A DNA stretch of 64,000 bases from Salinivirgaceae bacterium (GCA_017617355.1 JAFZWI010000129.1:33673-97672); one strand, 5' to 3'; shown: positions 8,691-18,860, counted from the stretch's first letter. Numbers and translations are program-made. Notes: generated by a model not told the origin, from the sequence alone.

Positions 8691-9977
8691 ATGTTTCAGA
8701 ATACCAAAAACATAAAACCATTCGAGAAGAAGGTTTGGCTGTCGTCGCCAACGATGCACGGTGATGAGCAGAAATGGGTGAATGATGCTTTTGTAAAAAA
8801 CTGGATAACCACCGCAGGTGAGAATATCAACGAGGTAGAAAAGATTGTTGCAGAACGAATTGGCGTAAAATATGCTGTTGCGCTTTCGTGCGGTACGGCA
8901 GCTCTTCACTTGGCAACAAAACTTGCTGGTGAGAAACTCTACGGTCAAACAACCCCCAATGGCGGTACTCTACAAGGCCACAAAGTATTCTGCTCTGATA
9001 TGACTTTCGATGCCACAATCAATCCCGTCGCTTACGAGGATGGCGAGGCTGTATTTATTGACACAGATCCTGATACGTGGAATATGTGTCCGAAAGCACT
9101 AGAAAAGGCTTTTGAGATTTATCCTGAAGTTAAACTTGTAGTGGTGGCGCACCTTTATGGTATTCCCGGAAAGATTGACGAGATTCGCGCGATTTGTAAC
9201 CGTCACGGTGCGCTCATTGTTGAGGATGCTGCCGAATCATTTGGTGCCACATACAAAGGAAAAGAGACAGGCGGCTTTGGTGATTTCGGAGCTATCAGCT
9301 TCAATGGCAATAAGATAATTACTGGCTCGTCTGGTGGTATGTTCTTGACAAACAGCAAAGAAGATGCCGACAAAGTCCGCAAATGGTCGACACAGTCACG
9401 CGAAGCTGCGCCGTGGTATCAGCATGAGGAAATAGGCTACAATTATCGAATGTCGAACATCATTGCAGGCATTGTCCGAGGCCAGATGAATTATCTTGAT
9501 GAGCATATTGCGCAGAAACGCGCTATCTACGAACGTTATAAAAAAGGTCTTGAGGGTCTTCCTGTTACAATGAATCCATTTGATTCGGCAAACAGCGTTC
9601 CGAATTATTGGCTCAGTTGTATGCTTATCAACAAGGAAGCAATGTGCCGTCAGGTGCGCAGCGAAAACGAGCCAATGTATATTTCAGAGAAAGGCAAAAC
9701 CTGCCCGACTGAAATACTTGAATCATTGGCGAAATATAACGCCGAAGGCCGCCCGATTTGGAAACCGATGCATATGCAACCAATCTATCGAATGAATCCA
9801 TTTGTGACAGCTAACGGCAATGGCCGTGGTCAGTCGAACGCATATATCGATTGCGGTGCGGCAAAAGATGTTGGTGCCGATATTTTCGCTCGAGGTCTCT
9901 GCTTGCCAAGCGATAACAAAATGACACCTGAACAGCAGGATGTTATAATAGAAATTGTCAAGCGTTGTTTTGAATAG
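8691..9977 (+). CDS. DegT/DnrJ/EryC1/StrS-family sugar aminotransferase (WcfR/PglE-like)
   Basis: SSPTMHG N-terminus and PLP-lysine region SFNGNKIITGSSGG. ATG 8691 is preferred over TTG 8631. Confidence 0.8.
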   Translation: MFQNTKNIKPFEKKVWLSSPTMHGDEQKWVNDAFVKNWITTAGENINEVEKIVAERIGVKYAVALSCGTAALHLATKLAGEKLYGQTTPNGGTLQGHKVFCSDMTFDATINPVAYEDGEAVFIDTDPDTWNMCPKALEKAFEIYPEVKLVVVAHLYGIPGKIDEIRAICNRHGALIVEDAAESFGATYKGKETGGFGDFGAISFNGNKIITGSSGGMFLTNSKEDADKVRKWSTQSREAAPWYQHEEIGYNYRMSNIIAGIVRGQMNYLDEHIAQKRAIYERYKKGLEGLPVTMNPFDSANSVPNYWLSCMLINKEAMCRQVRSENEPMYISEKGKTCPTEILESLAKYNAEGRPIWKPMHMQPIYRMNPFVTANGNGRGQSNAYIDCGAAKDVGADIFARGLCLPSDNKMTPEQQDVIIEIVKRCFE

Positions 9978-10004
9978 AATTGACATTGTTGCAATTTTTG
10001 CCAG

Positions 10005-10586
10005 ATGAGCGATTCAAGAGCAATATTATGTATGTTGATTCTGATGAGATTAAAGACCGAACTCAAACCTTTCGACAGACTACGCTTACATAAATCAGCT
10101 TTGATGCTAAACGTGTTCAGTGGCCGAGATTGTTTCTTTATTGAAGATGAAACACAAGAGTATTATCCGATAGTTGACAACCTTGCCTCTGAGATAAAAA
10201 AACTCCAAACAGAAAATGATGCAGACACGTCAACAACGTTGCAATCGCAACTCGACAGTCAAGATTCTCGCATAACCGATGCATACAAACGAAGTATACC
10301 ATTCGTAATACAGAGCGCAAGTTTTGTTAACTCAATATCCGACCGTGAGGCACTTGTATTAATATCGGCGATAATAGGTTATATTCATCAAAGCAAAAGC
10401 GCAAATATCAAAGACATAGAAGCATCACTAAACCACAACAATTCTGCCACAGAGTCTTTCGACCGTAAAGGTATTTTATCGGTAGCTATCAATCTTGAGA
10501 AATCTGGCGTTTTAACAAAAACAGATTCTGGATATTGTTTGTCGGGGAGTTTGAAGGATGTGGTGGGGTATGAGAAGTTGATTTAG
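10005..10586 (+). CDS. hypothetical protein (193 aa), possible winged-helix-like C-terminus
   Basis: ATG-initiated ORF in operon context. I recognise no motif apart from a vague wHTH-like INLEKSGVLTKTDSGYCLSG segment. Confidence 0.5.
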   Translation: MSDSRAILCMLILMRLKTELKPFDRLRLHKSALMLNVFSGRDCFFIEDETQEYYPIVDNLASEIKKLQTENDADTSTTLQSQLDSQDSRITDAYKRSIPFVIQSASFVNSISDREALVLISAIIGYIHQSKSANIKDIEASLNHNNSATESFDRKGILSVAINLEKSGVLTKTDSGYCLSGSLKDVVGYEKLI

Positions 10587-10631
10587 GGTTGATTAAGTTT
10601 TTTTATTACTATGTGGTTTAATGTATTTGAA

Positions 10632-11381
10632 ATGAAAATAATAAGGGCGATTGTTGTGACGGTATTGTTGTGTGTGTGTACTATGTTTAATTCATGCAAC
10701 ACCATATCGGATCATGAATTTGAAGTGAACGGTGTAAAATTCAAAATGATAGCCGTTGAAGGCGGTTCGTTTATGATGGGTGCCACACCAGGACAGGGTG
10801 ATGATGCCCGCGAAAATGAAAAACCTGCTCATAAAGTTACAGTTGACGATTTTCTTATTGGTGAAATTGAAGTAACTCAGCAACTGTGGTTTGCCGTTAT
10901 GGGTAGTAATCCAAGCCATTTCAAAAACAAGGATGGTAACTATCCCGTAGAGAATGTATCGTGGTACGATGTGCAGGAGTTTATTAAGAAACTCAACGAA
11001 ATTACAGGACAACAATTCAGATTGCCTTTTGAAGCAGAATGGGAGTATGCGGCTCGTGGTGGAAAGAAATCAACAGATAAGAAATATGCAGGTAGTGATA
11101 ATGTTGATGAGGTGGCATGGTATAGAAATAACGCTAATGGTACCACACATGCAGTGGCTACTAAAAAAGCCAATGAATTGGGCATATATGATATGAGTGG
11201 AAATGTTTTTGAAATGGTACAAGATTTATCGAGTGTTAATCCAAAAATGATGTATACAGTAAGAGGTGGTGCAATTACTAATCCAGCAAGTGCGTATCCT
11301 CGAGTTTCAAGCCGTTGTGCTTTTGATATCAAATCAAAAATGTTTTCGATAGGAATAAGATTGGTTTTAGTTGTTTGTTAG
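10632..11381 (+). CDS. FGE-sulfatase/SUMF1-domain lipoprotein
   Basis: Lipoprotein signal (VLLCVCTMFNSC). Followed by GGSFMMG, KPAHKVTVDDFLIGEIEVTQ, NVSWYDVQEFIKKLN, RLPFEAEWEYAARGG and DMSGNVFEM. Confidence 0.8.
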   Translation: MKIIRAIVVTVLLCVCTMFNSCNTISDHEFEVNGVKFKMIAVEGGSFMMGATPGQGDDARENEKPAHKVTVDDFLIGEIEVTQQLWFAVMGSNPSHFKNKDGNYPVENVSWYDVQEFIKKLNEITGQQFRLPFEAEWEYAARGGKKSTDKKYAGSDNVDEVAWYRNNANGTTHAVATKKANELGIYDMSGNVFEMVQDLSSVNPKMMYTVRGGAITNPASAYPRVSSRCAFDIKSKMFSIGIRLVLVVC

Positions 11382-11394
11382 TTTCTGCTTATTA

Positions 11395-12006
11395 ATGTAT
11401 AAAAATTATTTTAAGCGAATATTGGATTTTTTATTCTCATTATTAGCTATAATTGTTCTATCTCCGTTATTATTGTTATTGATGATAATTGGATTTATTG
11501 CTATGTCGGGAAATCCATTCTTTACCCAGCAACGTCCGGGAAAAGATGAAAAAATATTTAGGCTCATCAAGTTCCGTTCGATGAATAACAAAACGGACAA
11601 GGATGGCAATCTTTTACCAGACGAAGATAGGCTTACGTCTTATGGTAAATTTCTAAGGAGTACAAGTCTTGATGAGCTGCCGGAATTGTTCAATATTCTG
11701 AAAGGAGATATGGCAATAGTAGGACCAAGACCTTTGTTAGTAAAATATTTGGAACGGTATACTCCAACACAAAGAAGAAGACACGAAGTTAGGCCAGGGT
11801 TAACAGGGTTGGCAATGTCAACTATTAGAAATTCTGCTGGTTGGGACAAAAAATTTGAACTCGATGTTGAGTATGTTGATAAAGTGTCGTTTCTAATGGA
11901 TCTTAAAATTATTTTGTGGACCATAAGAATTGTTCTTAAACGTGAAGGTATAAATGAAGAAGGAGAAGCGACAAATAGTGAGTTTATGGGCATATTGAAT
12001 AAATGA
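11395..12006 (+). CDS. small initiating phosphoglycosyltransferase (bacterial sugar transferase, PglC/WcfS-like)
   Basis: One N-terminal hydrophobic helix, then PFFTQQRPGKDEKIFRLIKFRSM and DELPELFNILKGDMAIVGPRP. ATG 11395 is preferred over TTG 11371. Confidence 0.85.
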   Translation: MYKNYFKRILDFLFSLLAIIVLSPLLLLLMIIGFIAMSGNPFFTQQRPGKDEKIFRLIKFRSMNNKTDKDGNLLPDEDRLTSYGKFLRSTSLDELPELFNILKGDMAIVGPRPLLVKYLERYTPTQRRRHEVRPGLTGLAMSTIRNSAGWDKKFELDVEYVDKVSFLMDLKIILWTIRIVLKREGINEEGEATNSEFMGILNK

Positions 12007-12905
12007 TGAAAACAGTTTTAATAGGTTCGGTTGGTTCAAGCAAAATGATGCTTCAGGCGATGATAGACATAGGTTTTCCTATTACTTGTGTCTTTTCTCT
12101 TGATGAACGTGTGTCAGAAAATGTTTCCGGTTACCAACCGATTCATAAATTGGCGGAAGTCAATGGAATCCGTTATAAGAAGTTTTCAAAGATTAATGAT
12201 GAAGAGAATATAAAAATAATTAAGGAATTAGCACCGGATTACATTTTTGTTATAGGGTTGTCTCAGTTGGTTAAAAAAGAGATTATTGATGCGGCAAAAG
12301 TCGGAGTTGTAGGCTTTCACCCGACACCGCTACCTCTGATGAGGGGGAGAGCTGCAAATGTGTGGCAGGTTCTTCTCGGCGTACACGAGACAAAGTGCTC
12401 ATTGTTCTTTATCGATGAAGGAATGGATTCGGGAGATATATTAGGACAAGAGCCGTATTTTATTGAAGATACTGATTATGCGGAGGATGTCGGACGTAAA
12501 ATTGATGAGGCCGCATTGTCGTTGTTCCGACGGGTTTTGAAAGAAATAAAAGACGGTACAATTAATCCTCAGAAACAGAACGAAGAAGATGCAACTTATC
12601 TTTTAAGAAGAGGCCCAGAGGATGGTATTATTGATTGGAATTTGCCAATGAAAGATATACATACTTTGATTCGTGCGGTATCTCATCCTTTCCCCGGAGC
12701 GTTCGGATTGTATGACGGGAAGCATCAGTTTATAATTTGGAGAGCTGAGATGTTAGAAAATAAAAAGTATATAGGGATGAACGGACAAATTGCATATATT
12801 GGAGAGAATTATATTGATGTTGTATGCAAGGATGGGCTTCTTCGCATAATTGAATATGAGAATGTTGACCAAGTAAAAATATTTGTTGGACATAAGTTGA
12901 GATAA
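12003..12905 (+). CDS. formyltransferase-family protein (Fmt/sugar N-formyltransferase-like)
   Basis: GFHPTPLPLMRGRAANVW and FFIDEGMDSGDIL match the formyl_trans_N catalytic region. About 300 aa with a C-terminal beta-barrel-like extension. Confidence 0.7.
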   Translation: MMKTVLIGSVGSSKMMLQAMIDIGFPITCVFSLDERVSENVSGYQPIHKLAEVNGIRYKKFSKINDEENIKIIKELAPDYIFVIGLSQLVKKEIIDAAKVGVVGFHPTPLPLMRGRAANVWQVLLGVHETKCSLFFIDEGMDSGDILGQEPYFIEDTDYAEDVGRKIDEAALSLFRRVLKEIKDGTINPQKQNEEDATYLLRRGPEDGIIDWNLPMKDIHTLIRAVSHPFPGAFGLYDGKHQFIIWRAEMLENKKYIGMNGQIAYIGENYIDVVCKDGLLRIIEYENVDQVKIFVGHKLR

Positions 12906-12908
12906 TTT

Positions 12909-13562
12909 ATGAAAGTTTTAGTAATAGCACCTCATAATGATGATGAAGTTCTTGGTGTTGGGGGAACAATAGCCAAATATGCCAAAGAAGGGAATGAGGT
13001 CATTATATGTGAAGTAACAGCCGGTGATTTAAAGGATGAAATGGTTCAACAACAGAAAAGGGAGGCACTAGAATCACATAAGATATTGGGGGTTAGTAAG
13101 ACAATATTTATGGATCTTCCTGTTGTGGGATTAAGAGAAATGCGAACAACAGAATTTAATGCCGCATTCTTAAAAACTATATTAGAGATTAATCCTGATA
13201 TAGTTTTTATTCCGCATAAAGGTGATATGCACATCGATCATAGAATGGTTATTGAGGGTGCTATGGTTGCATTAAGGCCGGTTTCTTCCCCAAATGTAAA
13301 GGCCATATATGCTTATGAAACGTTATCTGAAACAGAATGGAATACGCCTTCAGTAGATAATGCATTTATTCCTACAGTTTATTCTGACATTAGTGAATAT
13401 TTTGAATTGAAAATCGAGGCTATGCAGTGTCATAAAAGTCAATTGGTTGAGTATCCACACCCAAGGTCACTTGAGGGAATAAGGGCTTTGGCTATGCATA
13501 GAGGTAGTACTATTTGCAAGAAATATGCAGAGGCATTTATGGCAATACGTGCGGAAATATAG
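12909..13562 (+). CDS. PIG-L/LmbE-family deacetylase
   Basis: VIAPHNDDEVLGVGGT and HKGDMHIDH metal-binding motifs. Confidence 0.8.
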   Translation: MKVLVIAPHNDDEVLGVGGTIAKYAKEGNEVIICEVTAGDLKDEMVQQQKREALESHKILGVSKTIFMDLPVVGLREMRTTEFNAAFLKTILEINPDIVFIPHKGDMHIDHRMVIEGAMVALRPVSSPNVKAIYAYETLSETEWNTPSVDNAFIPTVYSDISEYFELKIEAMQCHKSQLVEYPHPRSLEGIRALAMHRGSTICKKYAEAFMAIRAEI

Positions 13563-13576
13563 ATAATGAATTTGTA

Positions 13577-14824
13577 ATGAATCAGCCACTTATCAGCATA
13601 ATAGTTCCCATTTATATGATTGATAGATATCTCGGTATTTGTGTCGAGAGTATTATAAATCAAACATATAAGAATATAGAGATTATACTTGTTGATGATG
13701 GAAGTAAAGATAGGTGCTCTGAGATTTGTGACCTTTATGCAAAGAAAGATTGTAGAATAAAGGTGATACATAAACCAAATGGTGGGCTTGTGAGTGCTCG
13801 CAAGGCAGGACTTAGAGAAAGCAACGGAGAGTACATAAGTTATGTTGACGGTGACGATTGGATTGGTAATGGCTTTATAGAGAATCTATATACCGTAGCA
13901 GTAACAAGCGGCGCAGATATGGTTTGTGCCGGACAAACAAGAGATTTGTTCGCAAAATCGGCTCATTTCAGCAATGCAATTCCTTCGGGTATTTATCAAG
14001 GTGATAGATTGACTGAACTCTGGAAATCGATGATTTCGTACGGTGATTATTATCGACCAGGAATCAGTACATATGTTTGGAACAAGTTATTTAAACGCGA
14101 TATCTTGCTATCTCCTCAATCAACTGTTGACAATAGAATATCGATAGGAGAAGATGGAGCAGTTACTTATCCGGCACTTTTGAAGTGTAAATGTGTGGCT
14201 GTTGTTGACAATGTGGCATACCACTACCGCCAGCGTGAGGACAGTATGCTGAAGCAGAGTACGAGTTATGCCGATGAGGCACAAAAACTTAAGTATCTGT
14301 ACGATTATTTGATACAATGGAGCAAAACCACTCCCATAGAACTTGAAATCGGAAAGCAAATTACAGATTATGTATTGTCGATAGCCATAATGCGTTCTGG
14401 TGGAAGATTGCCTCAAGACAGTTTCTCTACATTCGATAATAAATACTTCAATAAGAACATTGTTGTATATAGTGCAGGAACATTCGGGCAGCAATTAATT
14501 AACCGGTTTAAAGAAACCAAGCACTGTAATGTTGTGGCTTGGCTCGATGACGATTATTGGGAATACAGAAGATGTTGTTTGGATGTTGACCCTGTTGAAT
14601 CAATCACACACTTGGAATATGATTATGTTCTAATTGCAACGGTTGACTCTATAGTTGCGAAAAATGTGACAAAACGGTTGTTAGATTATGGCGTAAGTGG
14701 ACAAAAAATATTGACTGTTTCTGTTCCGGACAATAAAACAGAACTTCTATCTCAATTCCTTGATGTTGAAGCTATAAGAATTGAGGAAGCCAAGAATAAA
14801 CAAAAATCCATATCACATGCTTGA
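13577..14824 (+). CDS. GT2 glycosyltransferase with C-terminal Rossmann-like extension
   Basis: LISIIVPIYM, VDDGSKD and YVDGDDW (DxD). The C-terminal NIVVYSAGTFGQQLINRF segment looks like a nucleotide-binding start. ATG 13577 is preferred over TTG 13514. Confidence 0.8.
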   Translation: MNQPLISIIVPIYMIDRYLGICVESIINQTYKNIEIILVDDGSKDRCSEICDLYAKKDCRIKVIHKPNGGLVSARKAGLRESNGEYISYVDGDDWIGNGFIENLYTVAVTSGADMVCAGQTRDLFAKSAHFSNAIPSGIYQGDRLTELWKSMISYGDYYRPGISTYVWNKLFKRDILLSPQSTVDNRISIGEDGAVTYPALLKCKCVAVVDNVAYHYRQREDSMLKQSTSYADEAQKLKYLYDYLIQWSKTTPIELEIGKQITDYVLSIAIMRSGGRLPQDSFSTFDNKYFNKNIVVYSAGTFGQQLINRFKETKHCNVVAWLDDDYWEYRRCCLDVDPVESITHLEYDYVLIATVDSIVAKNVTKRLLDYGVSGQKILTVSVPDNKTELLSQFLDVEAIRIEEAKNKQKSISHA

Positions 14825-15581
14825 TTTTGCAACAAAAGTCTTAACCGCCAAGTTGGGCCAAACACACATATTTGCTACAGGACAGGCTGGTTATATCATT
14901 AAATCTGCTTCCGGGCAGCTTTTGGCAATCGATTTATACCTATCAGAGTGCGTTGAACGATTGGAGGGGCATAAAGGATTCAAACGCCTTTTGCCACAAA
15001 TACTTAATCCGGCAGACCTCGATTTTGATGTTGTGGTTTGCACACACCCTCATCTTGACCATTTCGATGTTGATTCTGTTCCGACAATGTTGGCGAACGT
15101 CCGAACAAAGCTATTGTGCTCGGTTGATTGTCAGAAACTTGTAAAGACTTTGCTGTTGGATTATTATGCCAATCAAATATCATACGTAGCTCCGGGCGAT
15201 GGTTTTACCATTGGAGACTTTGATATATTGTTTGTTAACTGTGACCACGGGAAGGGTGCACCTGACGCTGTTGGTGTGGTAATAAAAGTTGACGGAAAAA
15301 TTATATATGAAGCAGGTGATACTTGCTTGCGTCTTGATAGGATAAACGAGATTCCAAAACCATTAGATGTGCTGATTGCACCTATTAACGGAGTTTGCGG
15401 CAATCTGAGCGAAAATGAATGTGCCACTTTGGCGGAGTCGTTGAAACCGGGAATAACAATCCCGTGTCACTATGGTATGTTTGCATCTCATCACGGCGAT
15501 GTCGGACTCTTTTATGAAATTATGAATAAGAAAAAACTTCCTTGTTTATTGATGCAACAAGGCGAACAATATACATTTTGA
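14817..15581 (+). CDS. MBL-fold metallo-hydrolase (UlaG-like)
   Basis: HPHLDHFD (HxHxDH) motif. ATG 14817 overlaps the GT2 stop by 8 nt. Confidence 0.75.
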   Translation: MLDFATKVLTAKLGQTHIFATGQAGYIIKSASGQLLAIDLYLSECVERLEGHKGFKRLLPQILNPADLDFDVVVCTHPHLDHFDVDSVPTMLANVRTKLLCSVDCQKLVKTLLLDYYANQISYVAPGDGFTIGDFDILFVNCDHGKGAPDAVGVVIKVDGKIIYEAGDTCLRLDRINEIPKPLDVLIAPINGVCGNLSENECATLAESLKPGITIPCHYGMFASHHGDVGLFYEIMNKKKLPCLLMQQGEQYTF

Positions 15582-15608
15582 ACACATTAACTAATAAACA
15601 CATATAAA

Positions 15609-16901
15609 ATGAGCAAAGAATTTGAAGGTAAGAAGTTGTTGATTTTGGGAGGCAATCCAGAAACGACACCACTTGTAGAGATTGCCAACAATATGGGCAT
15701 CAAAACTATTGTTTCTTCAGGTCGACATACTGATGCTGCAAAAAAGGCAGCTTGGAAATCTTATGATGTTGATGGTATGGACGTGCCAGGACTTATTGCA
15801 TTGGCTCGTGAAGAAAAAGTTGACGGAGTATTGGTGGGTGTTGCCGACATTCTTGTGCCGTCGTATTGTAAGGTATGCGAGGCCCTCAATCTGCCGTGTT
15901 ATGCCACGCAACAGATTGTTGATGTCTTTGCTTTCAAAGATGTGTTTAAATCCACTTGTGAAAGGTATGGGGTTCATGGTATACCGGAGTTCTACCTTGA
16001 TGCAGATATGAAACGTGAGGATCTTGACAAAATAGTATATCCAGTTATGGTTAAGCCCGTTGACAATGGTGGCGGTGTAGGTATGACTGTCGCATACAAC
16101 GAGGAAGAATTGAAAGCCGGAGTCAAACTTGCATTAGAAAACAGCCACAAGAAACGCTTCATAGTTGAAAAATATATGCAGTGCGATGATATGGGTATGT
16201 ATTACACCTTTAAAGACGGATATTGCTCTGCATCTTGTATTTACGATAGATACACTACCGACGAGCAACCGGGATTGTCTCGTGTTTGCCTTGGAGGAAC
16301 ATATCCATCGAAACATCTTGACGAGTACTTTGAACGTATGCACCCAAATGCAATTCGCCTATTTAAAGAAATCGGAATAGATAATGGAGTTTTGATGTTG
16401 TCTGGTTTTTATGAGAATGGCGAGTTTTATGTCTACGATACAGGTTTCCGTTTGCAAGGTGAAGCACCACATCTTTTGATGAAAGCCATCCACGGATTCG
16501 ACCAAAGAGAAATGCTTATTCGATTTGCACTCACGGGCTCAGAAGGTGATGTTAATCTTGAGACAGATGATGATACCCGTCTGCGTGGCAAGTGGGCGGC
16601 AACCTTGTGGTTTTTGCTCAAAAAAGGGAAAATAGCCAAAATAACAGGTTTGGAAGACATTGACAAAGATGCTCGTGTGGTAGCCAACATTCAACGCTTG
16701 CACGAAGGCGACACTGTCTTGCCAGAATGGATTGGAAATGAAAAACAAGTGCTTACACGTATGTACATTGTTTGCAATAGTAAAATGGAATTGGCTGATA
16801 CATTGAAATTTTATATGAATACAGTGAAAGTCGTTGACGAAAATGGCCACAATCTATTGCTTAAAGGGTTCGATGTTAATAAAGCCTTGGAACTTAAATA
16901 A
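15609..16901 (+). CDS. ATP-grasp domain protein
   Basis: 430 aa. Pre-ATP-grasp Rossmann start (KKLLILGGN) and VMVKPVDNGGGVGM phosphate-binding loop. Confidence 0.7.
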   Translation: MSKEFEGKKLLILGGNPETTPLVEIANNMGIKTIVSSGRHTDAAKKAAWKSYDVDGMDVPGLIALAREEKVDGVLVGVADILVPSYCKVCEALNLPCYATQQIVDVFAFKDVFKSTCERYGVHGIPEFYLDADMKREDLDKIVYPVMVKPVDNGGGVGMTVAYNEEELKAGVKLALENSHKKRFIVEKYMQCDDMGMYYTFKDGYCSASCIYDRYTTDEQPGLSRVCLGGTYPSKHLDEYFERMHPNAIRLFKEIGIDNGVLMLSGFYENGEFYVYDTGFRLQGEAPHLLMKAIHGFDQREMLIRFALTGSEGDVNLETDDDTRLRGKWAATLWFLLKKGKIAKITGLEDIDKDARVVANIQRLHEGDTVLPEWIGNEKQVLTRMYIVCNSKMELADTLKFYMNTVKVVDENGHNLLLKGFDVNKALELK

Positions 16902-16918
16902 CCACATCTTATACGCGT

Positions 16919-17689
16919 ATGGAACTTGAACGATTAAAAGATAAGGTCATAGTCATATCTGGTGGCACCAAAGGTGTGGGCAGAGCATTTGCCGAAGTGG
17001 CTGGTCGCGAAGGCGCCAAAGTTGTTATTGGCGGACGCGACGAGAAAGCAGGAAAAGAAGCTGTGCGAAACATTAAAACTTTTGGATCTGACGGCATATT
17101 TGTCCATTGTGATCTTTTGAAAGTTGAGGACTGCAAACATTTGTTTGACGTTGCATATGAAAAGTTCGGCAAAATTGATGGTTTTTTCAACTATGCTGGA
17201 GTAACCCCAGTAAGCCCATTGGATACTTGCGACGAAGAAACTTTCGATTGGGTTATGGATGTTAACTTTAAAGCTTGTTTTTTCTGCTGCCAGCAGGCAG
17301 TAAAATATATGCGGATGAATGGTAGCGGTAGCATTGTGCTGACGGGTTCTGCACACGCCTGGGGCGGACAGAAAGACCGTGCTGCATACGCGTGCAGCAA
17401 GGGTGTTCTGCGTATTCTTATGGAGCATATCGCACACCAATACGCCACAGAACAAATCCGATGTAATTACCTCACATTAGGTTGGACGCCAACTGAAGGC
17501 GAAGTTGCGCTACGTAATAGCCAAGGCGAAAGTGAGGCTGAACTTCGCAAACGTGCAGCCGACATTCTTCCTATGGGCCGTATGTGTGAACGAAATGACT
17601 ATATGGAAGGATTAATCTATTTAATGTCTGATGCCTCAGCAATGATGACAGGAAGCACATTTAGGTTAACTGCTGGAGAGTATATTTAA
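16919..17689 (+). CDS. SDR-family oxidoreductase
   Basis: ISGGTKGVGRA cofactor motif and YACSKGV (YxxxK) catalytic motif. Confidence 0.85.
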   Translation: MELERLKDKVIVISGGTKGVGRAFAEVAGREGAKVVIGGRDEKAGKEAVRNIKTFGSDGIFVHCDLLKVEDCKHLFDVAYEKFGKIDGFFNYAGVTPVSPLDTCDEETFDWVMDVNFKACFFCCQQAVKYMRMNGSGSIVLTGSAHAWGGQKDRAAYACSKGVLRILMEHIAHQYATEQIRCNYLTLGWTPTEGEVALRNSQGESEAELRKRAADILPMGRMCERNDYMEGLIYLMSDASAMMTGSTFRLTAGEYI

Positions 17690-17875
17690 AGTATTTATGA
17701 ACTAGAAAAAACATTCGCAAATGGTTGCATTGAACTTATTTCTGGTTCGTTCTTGATTAAGGAGTTTTTGTTACTTTAATAATAGTTATTTGCTTCTTTG
17801 AGGGATGAATAATTCTTATGTTGCTAAGCGCTAAAAGCCTATTTGAGGAGGACGGCATAAGTAGATACCGACAGT

Positions 17876-17883
17876 TAAATTTG
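17876..17883 (+). promoter_or_regulatory. candidate Bacteroides-type -7 box (TAAATTTG)
   Basis: Exact TAnnTTTG match about 48 nt upstream of the LicD ATG. It lies inside the only sizeable gap (240 nt) within the locus. Confidence 0.3.
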
Positions 17884-17930
17884 TGGAATGCTTGAAAAAA
17901 GCATAATCAATATTTATACAGAACAACAAT

Positions 17931-18845
17931 ATGGGTATTAACTATGATTCAGAGTTTATAAAACCTGAGATACGAGCAGGTTGGGTGGTATCGTCAGAAA
18001 TCAAAAAGGTTTGGACTATCCAATTGGATTTAATTAAAGTGTTTGATAATATATGTAAACTTAACAATCTGCGTTGGTATCCTATGTGGGGAACTTTGTT
18101 GGGTGTCATTCGACATAAAGGATATATTCCTTGGGATGATGATGTAGATATTGTTATGCCACGTCCAGACTATGATAAGTTTGTGGAAATATGTAATAAT
18201 TATATCACTGAGCCATATTATTTACAAACTACACTCACTGATTCCGAATGTTTCTATATGTGGGTGAGTCTTCGTAATTCTGATACTACAGGTAATAGGA
18301 AAACGTGTCTGAGTAAAAAGCAAAATAATGGTATTGGTATAGATATTATGCCTTTAGATGGTTGTCAAGATAAACCTTGGAAATATCAATTGTCACGGTT
18401 GCCTGTTCGGGTTATCACCGTTTTAGCTAACACTTATGTTAATGATTTTAATAAAGGATTCTTGGCTGTTTGCATAAGAAGATTGTTGCGAATAACGGGG
18501 TTTAATTATAAAAAAGTGTATGATTTGGCAGAAAAGTGGAATAAAAAACACGCAATTGAAAATTATTCAAAAATGGCTTTCCGAGCCCATGCTGATCCAC
18601 TTACAAAAGTGATTGAAAGGGATATGTGGGATAAACGTGACTTGGAGAACACGATAGAAATGCCTTTTGAATACATTACAATTCCGGTACCAATTGGATA
18701 TGATAAAATTCTAAGACAGATATACGGCAACTATATGGAATACCCTCCTATGGATAAAAGACAAGCAAAACATGATGTTGTATACGAACCAGATATCCCG
18801 TATAGAGAGTATTGCTCTAAATACTATAAAACTAAATACGAATAA
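17931..18845 (+). CDS. LicD family phosphotransferase
   Basis: WGTLLGVIRHKGYIPWDDDVDIVMPRPDY and ILRQIYGNYMEYPP. Confidence 0.8.
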   Translation: MGINYDSEFIKPEIRAGWVVSSEIKKVWTIQLDLIKVFDNICKLNNLRWYPMWGTLLGVIRHKGYIPWDDDVDIVMPRPDYDKFVEICNNYITEPYYLQTTLTDSECFYMWVSLRNSDTTGNRKTCLSKKQNNGIGIDIMPLDGCQDKPWKYQLSRLPVRVITVLANTYVNDFNKGFLAVCIRRLLRITGFNYKKVYDLAEKWNKKHAIENYSKMAFRAHADPLTKVIERDMWDKRDLENTIEMPFEYITIPVPIGYDKILRQIYGNYMEYPPMDKRQAKHDVVYEPDIPYREYCSKYYKTKYE

Positions 18846-18860
18846 AAACAATCATAATAG

